NCBI GenBank assembly: GCA_001771135.1
Contig: MESW01000010.1
Coordinates: forward strand, 1 to 47,748
DNA: 47,748 nt
Source of the DNA: a candidate division CPR3 bacterium GWF2_35_18
Lineage (GTDB): Bacteria; Patescibacteriota; CPR3; GWF2-35-18
Direction: 5' to 3'
In this document: piece by piece, positions 38,789 through 47,748 of the stretch
Layout of the letters: each line of letters starts with the position of its first letter
How positions within the stretch are numbered: the first letter of the stretch is position 1
Made by a program: the position numbers and the translations under genes
Notes under the pieces: generated by a model
Told to the model about the DNA's origin: nothing
The model's database searches: none
What the model saw: the letters and a program-made list of their open reading frames with translations, nothing else

Positions 38789-40648
38789 ATGTTAACTCCT
38801 AACGAACTTCGGCAAAAATATCTCGACTTTTTTGTTAAACAAGGACACAAAATTATTCCTTCAGCTTCTTTGTTGCCTGAAAATGATCCCACCACACTTT
38901 TTACCAGTTGCGGAATGCAACCACTGGTGCCATATTTACTCGGGAAGGAACACCCACTTGGAATGAGGTTAACCGATTCTCAAAAAAGTTTTCGTTCTAA
39001 CGATATTGAAGAAGTGGGAGATAATCGACACACGACTTTCTTTGAAATGCTGGGTAATTGGTCTTTGGGTGATTACTTTAAAAGTAAACAGCTACCTTGG
39101 GTGTTTGAATTTTTGACTTCAGAAATTAAACTAGACCCGAAGAATCTTTATGTTACAGTGTTTCGGGGTAATAAAAATATAAATATTCCACGTGATGATG
39201 AAGCGATTAATATTTGGAAAAATCTGTTTAAAAGTGTAGGAATAGAAGCAGAAGTGGTTGACGGTGCAGAGAAAAAAGGCTTAGGAAATGGAAGAATATT
39301 TTCTTATGAAGATAATTGGTGGTCGAGATCCGGAATTCCGGATAAGATGCCAATTGGTGAACCAGGTGGACCGGACTCCGAAGTGTTTTATGATTTTGGC
39401 GCAGATTTAATGATTCATGAAAAATCTCGATTTAAAGCTCAAAAATGTCATGTAAATTGCGATTGCGGTCGATTTCTAGAAATTGGTAACAGCGTCTTTA
39501 TGGAGTATGTCAGAACGGAAAAGGGATTTGAAAAATTACCCAAAGCGAATGTGGATTTTGGCGGTGGATTTGAAAGAATTCTGGCAGCCATAAATAATGA
39601 CCCGGATGTTTTCAAAACAGAACTTTTTCAGCCAATTATTCGTAAATTAGAAGATCTAAGTGGGCAGAAGTATGAAGGTTTTGAAAATAATAAACGACCG
39701 TTTCGGATTATATCCGATCACATTAAAGCGGCAACTATGCTTGCTGCTGACGGCGTTTTCCCCAGTAACAAAGATCAGGGATATTTTTCGCGCCGATTAT
39801 TGCGCCGTTCCGTTGTTTACGCGAAAAAATTAGGAATTGATAAAAATTTCCTTTCCGATTTAATTCCGGTTGTCACGAAGATTTATGCTGAGGTTTATCC
39901 GGAAGTAAAAAAACAGGAAGGAACAATTCAAAAATATTTTTCAGAGGAAGAAGAGCGATTTAGGAAAACATTAAATCATGGACTTAAAGAATTTGAGAAG
40001 TTAATTACGGATAATCTAAAGAAAATAAGTGGGAAACAAGTTTTTGATTTATATCAGTCTTATGGTTTTCCAATTGAACTAACTGTTGAACTTGCGGAAG
40101 AAAAAGGTTTAGATGTGGATTTTGTTGAATTCGAAAAAGAGAAGCAGAAACATCAAGAAATTTCTCGCGAAGGAGCAAAGCAGAAATTCTCTGGAGGTCT
40201 TGCGGATCAGTCTGAGCAGACTACAAAACTTCACACTGCAACTCATCTTCTTCATCAGGCACTCCGAAATATTTTGGGCGAACACGTGAAGCAATCCGGT
40301 AGTAATATTACTCCAGAACGATTACGATTCGACTTTTCGCATCCAGAAAAGATGACGCCGGAGCAGATCACAAAAGTCGAAGCTGAAGTAAATTCTGTAA
40401 TCCAAAAAGACATACCGATTACGATGGAGATAACGACAGTTCCCGAAGCGAAAAAAGCTGGAGCTCTGGCTCTTTTTGAAGATAAGTATCAGGATAAAGT
40501 GAAGCTATATAAAGTTGGCTATTATTCGGTGGAAGTTTGTGGAGGGCCACATGTAGAGCATACGGGAATTCTGGGTAAGTTCCGAATTAAAAAAGAGGAA
40601 GGAATTGGTCGAGGATTACGAAGAATCAAAGCGGTATTAGAATCATAA
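38789..40648 (+). CDS. alaS: Alanine--tRNA ligase, short form lacking the C-Ala domain
   Basis: TLFT..GMQP, RHTTFFEMLGNWS.GDYFK, DFGGGFER, editing HTATH and CGGPH. Confidence 0.96.
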   Translation: MLTPNELRQKYLDFFVKQGHKIIPSASLLPENDPTTLFTSCGMQPLVPYLLGKEHPLGMRLTDSQKSFRSNDIEEVGDNRHTTFFEMLGNWSLGDYFKSKQLPWVFEFLTSEIKLDPKNLYVTVFRGNKNINIPRDDEAINIWKNLFKSVGIEAEVVDGAEKKGLGNGRIFSYEDNWWSRSGIPDKMPIGEPGGPDSEVFYDFGADLMIHEKSRFKAQKCHVNCDCGRFLEIGNSVFMEYVRTEKGFEKLPKANVDFGGGFERILAAINNDPDVFKTELFQPIIRKLEDLSGQKYEGFENNKRPFRIISDHIKAATMLAADGVFPSNKDQGYFSRRLLRRSVVYAKKLGIDKNFLSDLIPVVTKIYAEVYPEVKKQEGTIQKYFSEEEERFRKTLNHGLKEFEKLITDNLKKISGKQVFDLYQSYGFPIELTVELAEEKGLDVDFVEFEKEKQKHQEISREGAKQKFSGGLADQSEQTTKLHTATHLLHQALRNILGEHVKQSGSNITPERLRFDFSHPEKMTPEQITKVEAEVNSVIQKDIPITMEITTVPEAKKAGALALFEDKYQDKVKLYKVGYYSVEVCGGPHVEHTGILGKFRIKKEEGIGRGLRRIKAVLES

Positions 40649-40662
40649 ATATCTTTCCTTGC

Positions 40663-40691
40663 TTGCATTTCTGATTTTTCCCTTTTACAAT
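40663..40691 (+). promoter_or_regulatory. sigma70 promoter of the FtsA-like operon (near-leaderless)
   Basis: TTGCAT-17nt-TACAAT, 11 nt before the ATG; no SD. Confidence 0.65.
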
Positions 40692-40702
40692 GGTTAGTAT
40701 AT

Positions 40703-41950
40703 ATGCAATTTTTCAAACGCAAACCCAAAGACAAAGCATATCTCGCTCTTGATATCGGCTCCGAATTTGTAAAAGCCGTAGTTTTTAACGTCAAAGAGGG
40801 GAAAGTAAACGTACTTGGATATGGCAAACATCGTCAGGATTCCACCTCAATGCATGAAGGTCTTATTAAAGATTTAACTCAAGTTACTGAAAATTGTGAG
40901 TTGGCGATCACGCAAGCGGCTCTGCAAGCTGGTATCCGTCCGGCTGAGGCAGTTGTTGGGATTGCTGGTGAGCAGGTTCGTGGATTTACAACCTTGATTC
41001 AATTTGAAAGAGCCAAGCCTGATCAAAAAATCTCGGAAAAAGAGATGACGAATATTATTGAGAAGATTCAGGAAACATCTTACATAAATAGTCTAGACCA
41101 GATGAAAGAAGAGATTGGGAATGAGGATTTGGAGATAAAACTTGTTAACGCCGCTTTGACTCATATCATGATCGATGGAGAAAGGGTGGAAGATCCTTTG
41201 GGTTTCCGAGGTAAAAAAATTCAAGTGGGTGTTTTTAACGCCTATACTTCTTTGGTTTACTTAAGTCACTTACAAAAAATCGCTTCGAAATTGGAAGTCG
41301 AAATTTTAGCAATTGCGGCTGAGCCTTATACTTTAGCGGAAGGAATTATGCCGGAAGATGATCTAGATTATGAAAGTCTTGTTATTGATATTGGTGGAAG
41401 TACCACTGATGTTGTTGTTATTAGGCATCAAGATGTTGTTTCTACAAAGATGTTTGCTTTGGGTGGACAGATAGTTACTAAAGAAATTAGTGAGGCTTTT
41501 CAAATACCTTATGATGAAGCGGAAGATCTCAAAAATAAGTATTGTGAGAAAAAAATTGACGATGAAAAACAGCTAAAAAAATTGGAAGAAGCAATTACAG
41601 AATCTTTGACTCTTTGGGAAGTTGCTCTAAAAATTACTTTAAAAGAGTTTGCCGATTTGGAATATCTTCCCAGTAATATTTTGCTTGCAGGGGGTGGAAG
41701 TTTGTTACCTGAAATCAAGGAAATCTTGAAAAAGGTCGTTTCCGATGAAGAATTTCATTTTGCCAAAGAGTTTGTGATCAAGAATTTAACGCCACAGAGT
41801 TTTGGATATCTTTCCGATCAAACGGGAAAATTAGAATCTACCCAAGAGGTTGTTCCTCTTAGCTTAACGATGATGATTTTAGATCTTTTGGAAGAAGGAC
41901 AAAATCTTGATCAGGCAATGAAAAAAGGAATTCAAGTTTTTGAAAAATGA
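40703..41950 (+). CDS. FtsA/PilM-like actin-fold ATPase (not in a dcw/ftsZ context)
   Basis: LALDIGSEFVK, AEPY, VIDIGGSTTD, AEDLK, LAGGGSLL. Confidence 0.85.
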   Translation: MQFFKRKPKDKAYLALDIGSEFVKAVVFNVKEGKVNVLGYGKHRQDSTSMHEGLIKDLTQVTENCELAITQAALQAGIRPAEAVVGIAGEQVRGFTTLIQFERAKPDQKISEKEMTNIIEKIQETSYINSLDQMKEEIGNEDLEIKLVNAALTHIMIDGERVEDPLGFRGKKIQVGVFNAYTSLVYLSHLQKIASKLEVEILAIAAEPYTLAEGIMPEDDLDYESLVIDIGGSTTDVVVIRHQDVVSTKMFALGGQIVTKEISEAFQIPYDEAEDLKNKYCEKKIDDEKQLKKLEEAITESLTLWEVALKITLKEFADLEYLPSNILLAGGGSLLPEIKEILKKVVSDEEFHFAKEFVIKNLTPQSFGYLSDQTGKLESTQEVVPLSLTMMILDLLEEGQNLDQAMKKGIQVFEK

Positions 41951-41974
41951 GATCTTAACTTTAAGATAAATAAG

Positions 41975-43702
41975 ATGTTAATTTATTTAGAAAAACAAGA
42001 AAGCTTATATGACATTTTGAAAAAGATTAAAGCTTCTACCGAAGAAGGTCTTGAGCTTGTTGTGCCAGAGTATGCTTATCTTTCCAAAAACAGTCTGAAT
42101 TTTAAAATTATCAAAGAAGCAACTCTTAGTTATAAAAAGAAACTACATATAGTAACGACAGATAAAATCGTAGAGAAATTAGCCAAAAAAGACGGTATTC
42201 GGGTTTCGGAAAAACCACTTTCAAAAGAAAAGGTACATTGGGAAAACTATTCTGATACAGAGGCTGAAAAAATAGCTGAAGCAACTGAAAGTGAAAAGAA
42301 TAAGGAGATTGTTGAGGCTAAATCTGAAGAAATTATTTCTCCTCAAGTTGCAGATCAAGGTTTGATTATTAATCGAACGGAAAAAATGGCTGAAGACGAT
42401 GATGAAGATGAAATTGAAGTTCTGGAAAATGTTGTTGATGTGGATCAAAAAACTCCAGAGGAAAAATTTGGTAAAGGTGGGAAAAACAAAAATTACAAGA
42501 AAGCCAAAAGTTTCGGTAAAATCGCGGCTATCTTTATGCTGATCTGTTTAATATTTTTAGGAGGACTCGCAGCAGTTGTTTATTTTGTTTTGCCAAAAGC
42601 AACTGTCGAGATTATTCTAGCCGGTAAGGATATCTCTGCAGAAGCAAAAATTACCGTTGATGCCGGAGCAATTGATGTTAATAAAGAGACAAAGGTCATT
42701 CCCGGTTCGGTCATTTCTGTAGAAGAAACTGGACAAAAGACGATTTCGGCAACTGGTAGAAAAGAGATTGGAGAAAAAGGTTCAGGAACTGTTACGGTTC
42801 AGAACTTTGAGCTTGAGGATACTCTCTTTGCTTCCGGAACATCATTTACTGTTTATACTGGAGAAGTAGGTGCGGGTTTAATCTTCACAGCCACTACTGC
42901 TTTTACGGTTCCCGAGGGCACGGAAACAATTGAGGATAATGACGGAAGTCCTCAAAAAATTATTACTCCAGGAACCGTGAATGTTTCTGTAGTTGCCGCA
43001 GATATTGGTTCGAAATATAATCTGGCTGCGGATACTAATTTTACCGTTGGACAAGAAGCATACACCAGCTTCCGTGGGATAAATAATGATGCCTTTGCAG
43101 GAGGATCCTCACAAGAAGTTTCCATTGTGGCAGACGCGGATCATGCCAATCTTTTTACACAGCTTACAAATGAGCTTTATACCAAAGCAGCGACTGATCT
43201 CCAAAGTAAACTAGTTGGTGATCAAAAGCTGATTCAAAAATCAATTTCCAATAAAGTGATTTCTCAAGTTTATGATCAAGGAGTTTCGGCTGAAACGGAT
43301 AAGGTAACTTTGACCTTAAAAACAGAAAGCCGTGTGACTTTTTATTCTGAATCGCAGTTGAAGCAGGTTGTTAAAGATGCCGTACAGGCAAAAGCTCCGG
43401 AAGGATATTTTGTTACCGACAAAGATTTAATCGTCAGCTCGGAGTTTTTAAAAGCCGAAGATAACGGAAATCTTACCTTTAATGCCAAGGCTAGAACGAC
43501 TATTTATCCGACGATTGATGAGGCTCAACTACGTCAATCATTAAGAGGAATTACTCCGGCTGAAGCAGAAGCCTATTTGAAAGGAATGGATAAAGTTTTG
43601 GGATACAACATTTCTGTCTGGCCTCCGTTGCCTGATTTTATTCGTCGAATGCCTTTTATTGATACTCGTTTAGAGATAAAGACCACCATTCAAGGGGAAT
43701 AA
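41975..43702 (+). CDS. Bitopic membrane protein with an extracytoplasmic baseplate J/gp47-like domain
   Basis: Cytoplasmic alpha/beta domain, acidic linker, one TM, then GTVTVQN..FASGTSF..IFTAT..VVAADIGSKYN..FAGG. Confidence 0.75.
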   Translation: MLIYLEKQESLYDILKKIKASTEEGLELVVPEYAYLSKNSLNFKIIKEATLSYKKKLHIVTTDKIVEKLAKKDGIRVSEKPLSKEKVHWENYSDTEAEKIAEATESEKNKEIVEAKSEEIISPQVADQGLIINRTEKMAEDDDEDEIEVLENVVDVDQKTPEEKFGKGGKNKNYKKAKSFGKIAAIFMLICLIFLGGLAAVVYFVLPKATVEIILAGKDISAEAKITVDAGAIDVNKETKVIPGSVISVEETGQKTISATGRKEIGEKGSGTVTVQNFELEDTLFASGTSFTVYTGEVGAGLIFTATTAFTVPEGTETIEDNDGSPQKIITPGTVNVSVVAADIGSKYNLAADTNFTVGQEAYTSFRGINNDAFAGGSSQEVSIVADADHANLFTQLTNELYTKAATDLQSKLVGDQKLIQKSISNKVISQVYDQGVSAETDKVTLTLKTESRVTFYSESQLKQVVKDAVQAKAPEGYFVTDKDLIVSSEFLKAEDNGNLTFNAKARTTIYPTIDEAQLRQSLRGITPAEAEAYLKGMDKVLGYNISVWPPLPDFIRRMPFIDTRLEIKTTIQGE

Positions 43703-43726
43703 ATCTGCAGCTAAAATTTAAGTTAT

Positions 43727-44131
43727 ATGAATTATTTAGGGATTGATTTTGGAGAAAAGAAAATAGGATTGTCTCTTTCTGCCGGAGAGATTGCCCGGCC
43801 TTTTTTAGTATTAAGAGTAAAAAGCCCGGAATTGGGAATAGCCGAGATCAAAGAAATTTGTGAAGAAGAAGAGGTTGAAAAAATAATCGTGGGATTTCCA
43901 GAGTCAGATAAAAACTCGGAAATTGCCGCGAAAATAAAACAGTTTGCTGCAAATTTATCGCAAGCGATAAATTTACCTCTCGTTTTTCAAGATGAAACCC
44001 TTACTTCTTACGAAGCGCTACAGAAGATGATTGTTTCTGGCAAAAGCATGAAAAAGAGAAGGAAAGAAGATGCTTTTGCCGCGGCGATTATTCTTCAAGA
44101 CTATTTAGATAAATTAAAAATAAAAGAATAA
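43727..44131 (+). CDS. ruvX: YqgF/RuvX pre-16S rRNA nuclease
   Basis: LGIDFGEKKIGLS, IVGFP, DETLTS, DAFAAAIILQDYL. Confidence 0.95.
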   Translation: MNYLGIDFGEKKIGLSLSAGEIARPFLVLRVKSPELGIAEIKEICEEEEVEKIIVGFPESDKNSEIAAKIKQFAANLSQAINLPLVFQDETLTSYEALQKMIVSGKSMKKRRKEDAFAAAIILQDYLDKLKIKE

Positions 44132-44144
44132 AGATCAAAAACAA

Positions 44145-45155
44145 ATGAAAAAAAAGATATTTGTAATCGGAATAGTCCTATTTATTTTAATTGCAGGAAT
44201 TGGGGTCAGTTTCTATCTCTTCAATTTTTACCAGACTGCTCCGTCTACTGAGATCATTACTTACCCGTTTACTATTAATGAAGGTGAAACCGTAAGTACT
44301 ATAGCCAAAAATCTTCAGAGTGAAGGTTTTATTCGAAACGAGTTGATGTTTCGCTATATTGTTAGGAAAGAAGGACTTGTTTTACAGGCGGGAGAGTATC
44401 AACTTGCCAAAAACTTAGACGTGAAGAATTTAGCCTCCAGACTTACTCTGGGAACGTTTGATACCAAGATTACCATTATAGAGGGATGGCGGAGGGAAGA
44501 AATTGCCGATTATCTTTTTTCAAATAATGTTTTACCGGAAATTACGGCTAATGAAACAGATATTTTTTCCTTACGACTGAATATAATTAACAAAATCAAA
44601 GAAGGATATTTCTTTCCGGATACCTATGTGTTGCCAAAAAATACCAATTTATCTCAGCTTATCCAAATTGTAAAAGACAGTTTCAATTCAAAAGTGGAAA
44701 GTGAGATGATTAGCCAATTTCAAACTCAAGGACTGACTGTTGATGAAGCGGTGATTTTGGCTTCAATTGTGGAGAGAGAAGCCAGGACTGCTGAGTCCCG
44801 GAAAGTTGTCGCCGGAATTCTTTTGAAACGATGGCAAAATGATTGGCCTTTGGAAGCGGATGCCACAGTGCAATATGTGATTGCCGATCGTGATTGTATC
44901 AATAAATCAGATTGTACTTGGTGGACAAAAGAGATTACCGAAGATGACCTGAATCTCAATTCTCTTTTTAATACCCGTAAGAATTTGGAATTACCACCTG
45001 AAGCAATCTGTAATCCGTCTTTATCTTCTTTACAAGCAGTAGCTGATCCTACCGAAACTGATTATTGGTTTTACTTAACCGGTAATGATGGAAAGATGTA
45101 CTATGCGGAAACTCTTGAAGAGCATAATGAGAATATTTCTAAATTTCTTAACTAA
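44145..45155 (+). CDS. mltG: Endolytic transglycosylase MltG
   Basis: N-terminal TM, EGYFFPDTY, ILASIVEREA, LEADATVQY, LPPEAICNP. Confidence 0.95.
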   Translation: MKKKIFVIGIVLFILIAGIGVSFYLFNFYQTAPSTEIITYPFTINEGETVSTIAKNLQSEGFIRNELMFRYIVRKEGLVLQAGEYQLAKNLDVKNLASRLTLGTFDTKITIIEGWRREEIADYLFSNNVLPEITANETDIFSLRLNIINKIKEGYFFPDTYVLPKNTNLSQLIQIVKDSFNSKVESEMISQFQTQGLTVDEAVILASIVEREARTAESRKVVAGILLKRWQNDWPLEADATVQYVIADRDCINKSDCTWWTKEITEDDLNLNSLFNTRKNLELPPEAICNPSLSSLQAVADPTETDYWFYLTGNDGKMYYAETLEEHNENISKFLN

Positions 45156-45175
45156 GTTTTTATATTTAGTCTGAA

Positions 45176-45204
45176 TTGCATCTTGTAAAGCAAAATGTTA
45201 TCTT
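45176..45204 (+). promoter_or_regulatory. Putative promoter of the NHL-repeat gene
   Basis: TTGCAT-17nt-TATCTT with an extended TG, 10 nt before the ATG. Confidence 0.5.
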
Positions 45205-45214
45205 AAATATTGAA

Positions 45215-47748
45215 ATGCCCAAATTATTTAAAAAAACTTCTGTTTTCATATTATCTTTTGCTTTGTTATCTTTAAATATCAGTTCTTCATTTATTCAGAA
45301 CAAAATTATCCAAGTTAATGCGATTAATGAAACTAGTACTCCGGCAACTATAGTAGTCGGACAAAGTGGATTTAGCAGTTGTGATGGTAGCCCGAATCAA
45401 GGGAATCCAGAAAAGGGTTTTTTTAACGCAGTGGGAAGTATGATTGCTGGAAATAGGTTATATGTATCGGATTACGGTAGTCACCGAATTTTAATTTATA
45501 ATACGATTCCGACTTCAAATTATACTTCACCTGATGTAGTTATTGGACAACAAAATTTCTGTGATCGTAGTCAAAATCAAGGTGGTTTAGTGACAGCTTC
45601 AACTCTCTTTTATCCATGGGGAGTCTTTTCTGACGGTAACAAGTTATTCATAGTAGACCGTTCCAATCACCGTGTTCTTATTTACAATACTATCCCGACT
45701 TCTAATAATGCTTCTGCTGATGTTGTAGTTGGTCAGCCTGATATGAGTAGTAATACTGTGAATAATGGTGGTATAAGCGCTAGTACTCTGAATTATCCGA
45801 ACGGTGTTTTTTATGATGGATCTAAATTGTATATTTCTGATAGTGGAAACCATAGAGTGCTTATATATAATGCTTTACCAACTTCAAATGGAATAAGCGC
45901 GGATGTAGTTGTAGGTCAACCTAACATGACTAGTGGAACTGCTAATAATGGCGGAATTAACGCAAATACTTTAAATGCGCCTTCTGGAATATATTCTAAT
46001 GGTACAAAATTATTGGTTTCAGACAACAGCAACCATCGTGTTTTAATTTATAACACCATTCCAACTAGTAATAATACCTCTGCGGATGTAGTTGTAGGTC
46101 AACCTAACATGACTAGTGGAACTGCTAATAATGGTGGTATTAATACAAATACACTTAATTCCCCACAATCAATTTTTTCTAATGGTACTAAGTTATCTAT
46201 AGCTGATAGAGGTAATCATCGAGTATTAATATTTAATACAATTCCGAATTCCAATAATGCAAGTGCTGATGTAGTTGTCGGACAACCTAATATGACTAGC
46301 AGTACTGTAAATAACGGAGGTATCGGAGCAAATACTTTAAATGGTCCATATAATACTTTTATAAATGATTCCAAAATGGTAATTGTTGATGTATTTAATC
46401 AGAGAGTACTAATATTTAATACGATTCCGAATTCCAATAATGCAAGTGCAGACGTAGTTGTAGGTCAGTTAAATATGACTAATAATATATATTATGGGTC
46501 TTTAGGTCCTGATTCGAATACACTTTCAACTCCTTTTAATGTTAATGCTTATAATAATAAACTTTTTATTGCTGATCGAAATAATAATCGAGTTTTAATA
46601 TATAATACTTTGCCGAATTCCAATAACGCTAATGCAGATGTGGTTGTAGGACAGCAAAATTTTACAAGTGGTAGTATTAATCAGGGAGGATCAGTAGCAG
46701 CAAATACATTAAATAGTCCAAATGGGGTTTTTTATGATGGGAACAAATTGTTTATTAGTGAATACAATAACCATCGAATTCTAATTTATAATAATTTACC
46801 AACTTCCAATAATGCAAGTGCAGACGTAGTTGTAGGTCAACCTAATATGACTTCTGGAACTGCTAATAATGGGGGAAGGAATGCAAATACTTTAAACCAA
46901 CCACATCATATATATTCTGACGGTATAAGACTTTATGTGGCAGATTATAATAATCATAGAGTTTTAATTTATAACACCATTCCAACGAGTAATAATACTT
47001 CTGCAGATGTAGTTGTAGGTCAACCTAATATGACTTCTGGAACTGCTAATAATGGTGGAATCGGAGCAAATACAATTAATCGTCCGTTAGGGGTTTGTGC
47101 TGTCGGTGGTAAGTTCTTTGTGGCGGATACCAACAATAATAGAGTTTTAATTTATAACACAATTCCAACTAGTAATAGTACCTCTGCAGATGTAGTTGTA
47201 GGTCAACCTAATATGACTAGTAATAGTATTAATCAGGGAGGATCAGTAGCAGCAAATACATTATACATGCCATATGGTGTCTACTCGGATGGTACAAGAT
47301 TATACATAGCAGATTCATACAATAATCGAATACTAATCTATAACAATATCCCTACTTCTAATGATGCAGTAGCAGATATTGTTGTTGGACAGCCAGCTAT
47401 GACGACTAATATAGCTAATAACGGAGAATCTGAAAACAGTCAAAGAATTAGTAATCCTGCTGCTGTTTATTCTGATGGAAGTAATTTATATATTTCAGAT
47501 AGGGGTAATGAACGCGTATTAATCTATCCTCTCGGTCCTCAGAATGACAGTATGAGTACTCCAAGCTTCAGTAACAGTGAAACTATTAATATCACCTTAA
47601 CAGCGGATGATGCTAAAGAAGTAATGATCTCCGAGGATAATAGTTTTACGGGAGCAACATGGGAAACATACTCAAACAGTAAGGAATATACCTTAAGTAA
47701 TACAACTGAAGGAACAAAGACAATCTATGTAAAGATGAGAGATTACGC
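45215..47748 (+). CDS. Large secreted NHL-repeat (beta-propeller) surface protein, truncated by the window end
   Basis: Absent from the ORF track (no stop in window). MPKLFKKTSVFILSFALLSL signal-like N-terminus; 12 repeats of about 61 aa (ADVVVGQPNM..NGG..ANTLN.P....DG.KL.I.D..NHRVLIYNTIP); then an Ig-like domain (VMISEDNSFTGATWETY...GTKTIYVKMRDY). Confidence 0.9.
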   Translation, partial: MPKLFKKTSVFILSFALLSLNISSSFIQNKIIQVNAINETSTPATIVVGQSGFSSCDGSPNQGNPEKGFFNAVGSMIAGNRLYVSDYGSHRILIYNTIPTSNYTSPDVVIGQQNFCDRSQNQGGLVTASTLFYPWGVFSDGNKLFIVDRSNHRVLIYNTIPTSNNASADVVVGQPDMSSNTVNNGGISASTLNYPNGVFYDGSKLYISDSGNHRVLIYNALPTSNGISADVVVGQPNMTSGTANNGGINANTLNAPSGIYSNGTKLLVSDNSNHRVLIYNTIPTSNNTSADVVVGQPNMTSGTANNGGINTNTLNSPQSIFSNGTKLSIADRGNHRVLIFNTIPNSNNASADVVVGQPNMTSSTVNNGGIGANTLNGPYNTFINDSKMVIVDVFNQRVLIFNTIPNSNNASADVVVGQLNMTNNIYYGSLGPDSNTLSTPFNVNAYNNKLFIADRNNNRVLIYNTLPNSNNANADVVVGQQNFTSGSINQGGSVAANTLNSPNGVFYDGNKLFISEYNNHRILIYNNLPTSNNASADVVVGQPNMTSGTANNGGRNANTLNQPHHIYSDGIRLYVADYNNHRVLIYNTIPTSNNTSADVVVGQPNMTSGTANNGGIGANTINRPLGVCAVGGKFFVADTNNNRVLIYNTIPTSNSTSADVVVGQPNMTSNSINQGGSVAANTLYMPYGVYSDGTRLYIADSYNNRILIYNNIPTSNDAVADIVVGQPAMTTNIANNGESENSQRISNPAAVYSDGSNLYISDRGNERVLIYPLGPQNDSMSTPSFSNSETINITLTADDAKEVMISEDNSFTGATWETYSNSKEYTLSNTTEGTKTIYVKMRDY
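45340..47530 (+). repeat. Intragenic tandem repeat, about 183-bp period, 12 copies
   Basis: 53-bp identical blocks at 45899-45951 and 46082-46134; 47-bp at 46826-46872 and 47009-47055; 40-bp at 46672-46711 and 47224-47263. Confidence 0.9.

Noticed and set aside
40703-41950. Calling the gene ftsA or pilM
   Set aside because: No ftsZ/ftsQ or pilN/O neighbours; orthology cannot be shown from sequence alone.
41975-43702. Prophage or tailocin suggested by the baseplate-J-like domain
   Set aside because: No other phage structural, integrase or lysis genes; the protein has a TM and sits among housekeeping genes.
45340-47530. Regularly spaced repeats as a CRISPR array or DGR template/variable pair
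   Set aside because: The period of about 183 bp is in frame inside one ORF, the intervening sequences are homologous, and no cas or reverse transcriptase gene is in the window.
1-47748. tRNA, rRNA or tmRNA genes
   Set aside because: No intergenic segment shows a cloverleaf with a GTTCRA T-loop or rRNA-like sequence.

Overview
AT-rich, gene-dense bacterial chromosome segment. It is inferred to come from a CPR/Patescibacteria-type genome, based on a short HrcA, an N-terminally reduced IF2, a degenerate DHH protein, a C-terminally truncated AlaS, no rimP/rbfA/truB in the nusA operon, and an FtsA-like + baseplate-J-like gene pair. Left to right: (1) the 3' end of an LPXTG-anchored protein and a cytidine deaminase-like gene; (2) a minus-strand envelope cluster (membrane acyltransferase-deacetylase fusion, Ig/C39 peptidase, ArnT-like GT, GT4); (3) a CIRCE-controlled hrcA-grpE-dnaK-dnaJ operon with two inserted genes and REP/IS-end-like hairpins; (4) two acidic hypotheticals, a MacB-type ABC transporter and NAD kinase; (5) nusA-ylxR-infB-DHH with a rimP-leader-like attenuator; (6) rpsO-pnp-(protease-less Lon AAA+)-rnj, ftsK-rodZ and an alpha/beta hydrolase; (7) a variant glmS ribozyme with glmS; (8) a DUF2378-like pair, ytxG/ytxH-like genes and alaS; (9) FtsA-like ATPase, baseplate-J-like membrane protein, ruvX, mltG; (10) a large secreted 12-repeat NHL protein running off the window and missing from the ORF track. 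The best candidates for undescribed biology are the actin-fold ATPase/baseplate-J-like pair, the protease-less Lon coupled to pnp, the glmS ribozyme with core insertions and substitutions, and the acyltransferase-deacetylase fusion cluster. No tRNA, rRNA, CRISPR array or intact transposase was seen. All family calls come from motif recognition by eye; no searches were run.
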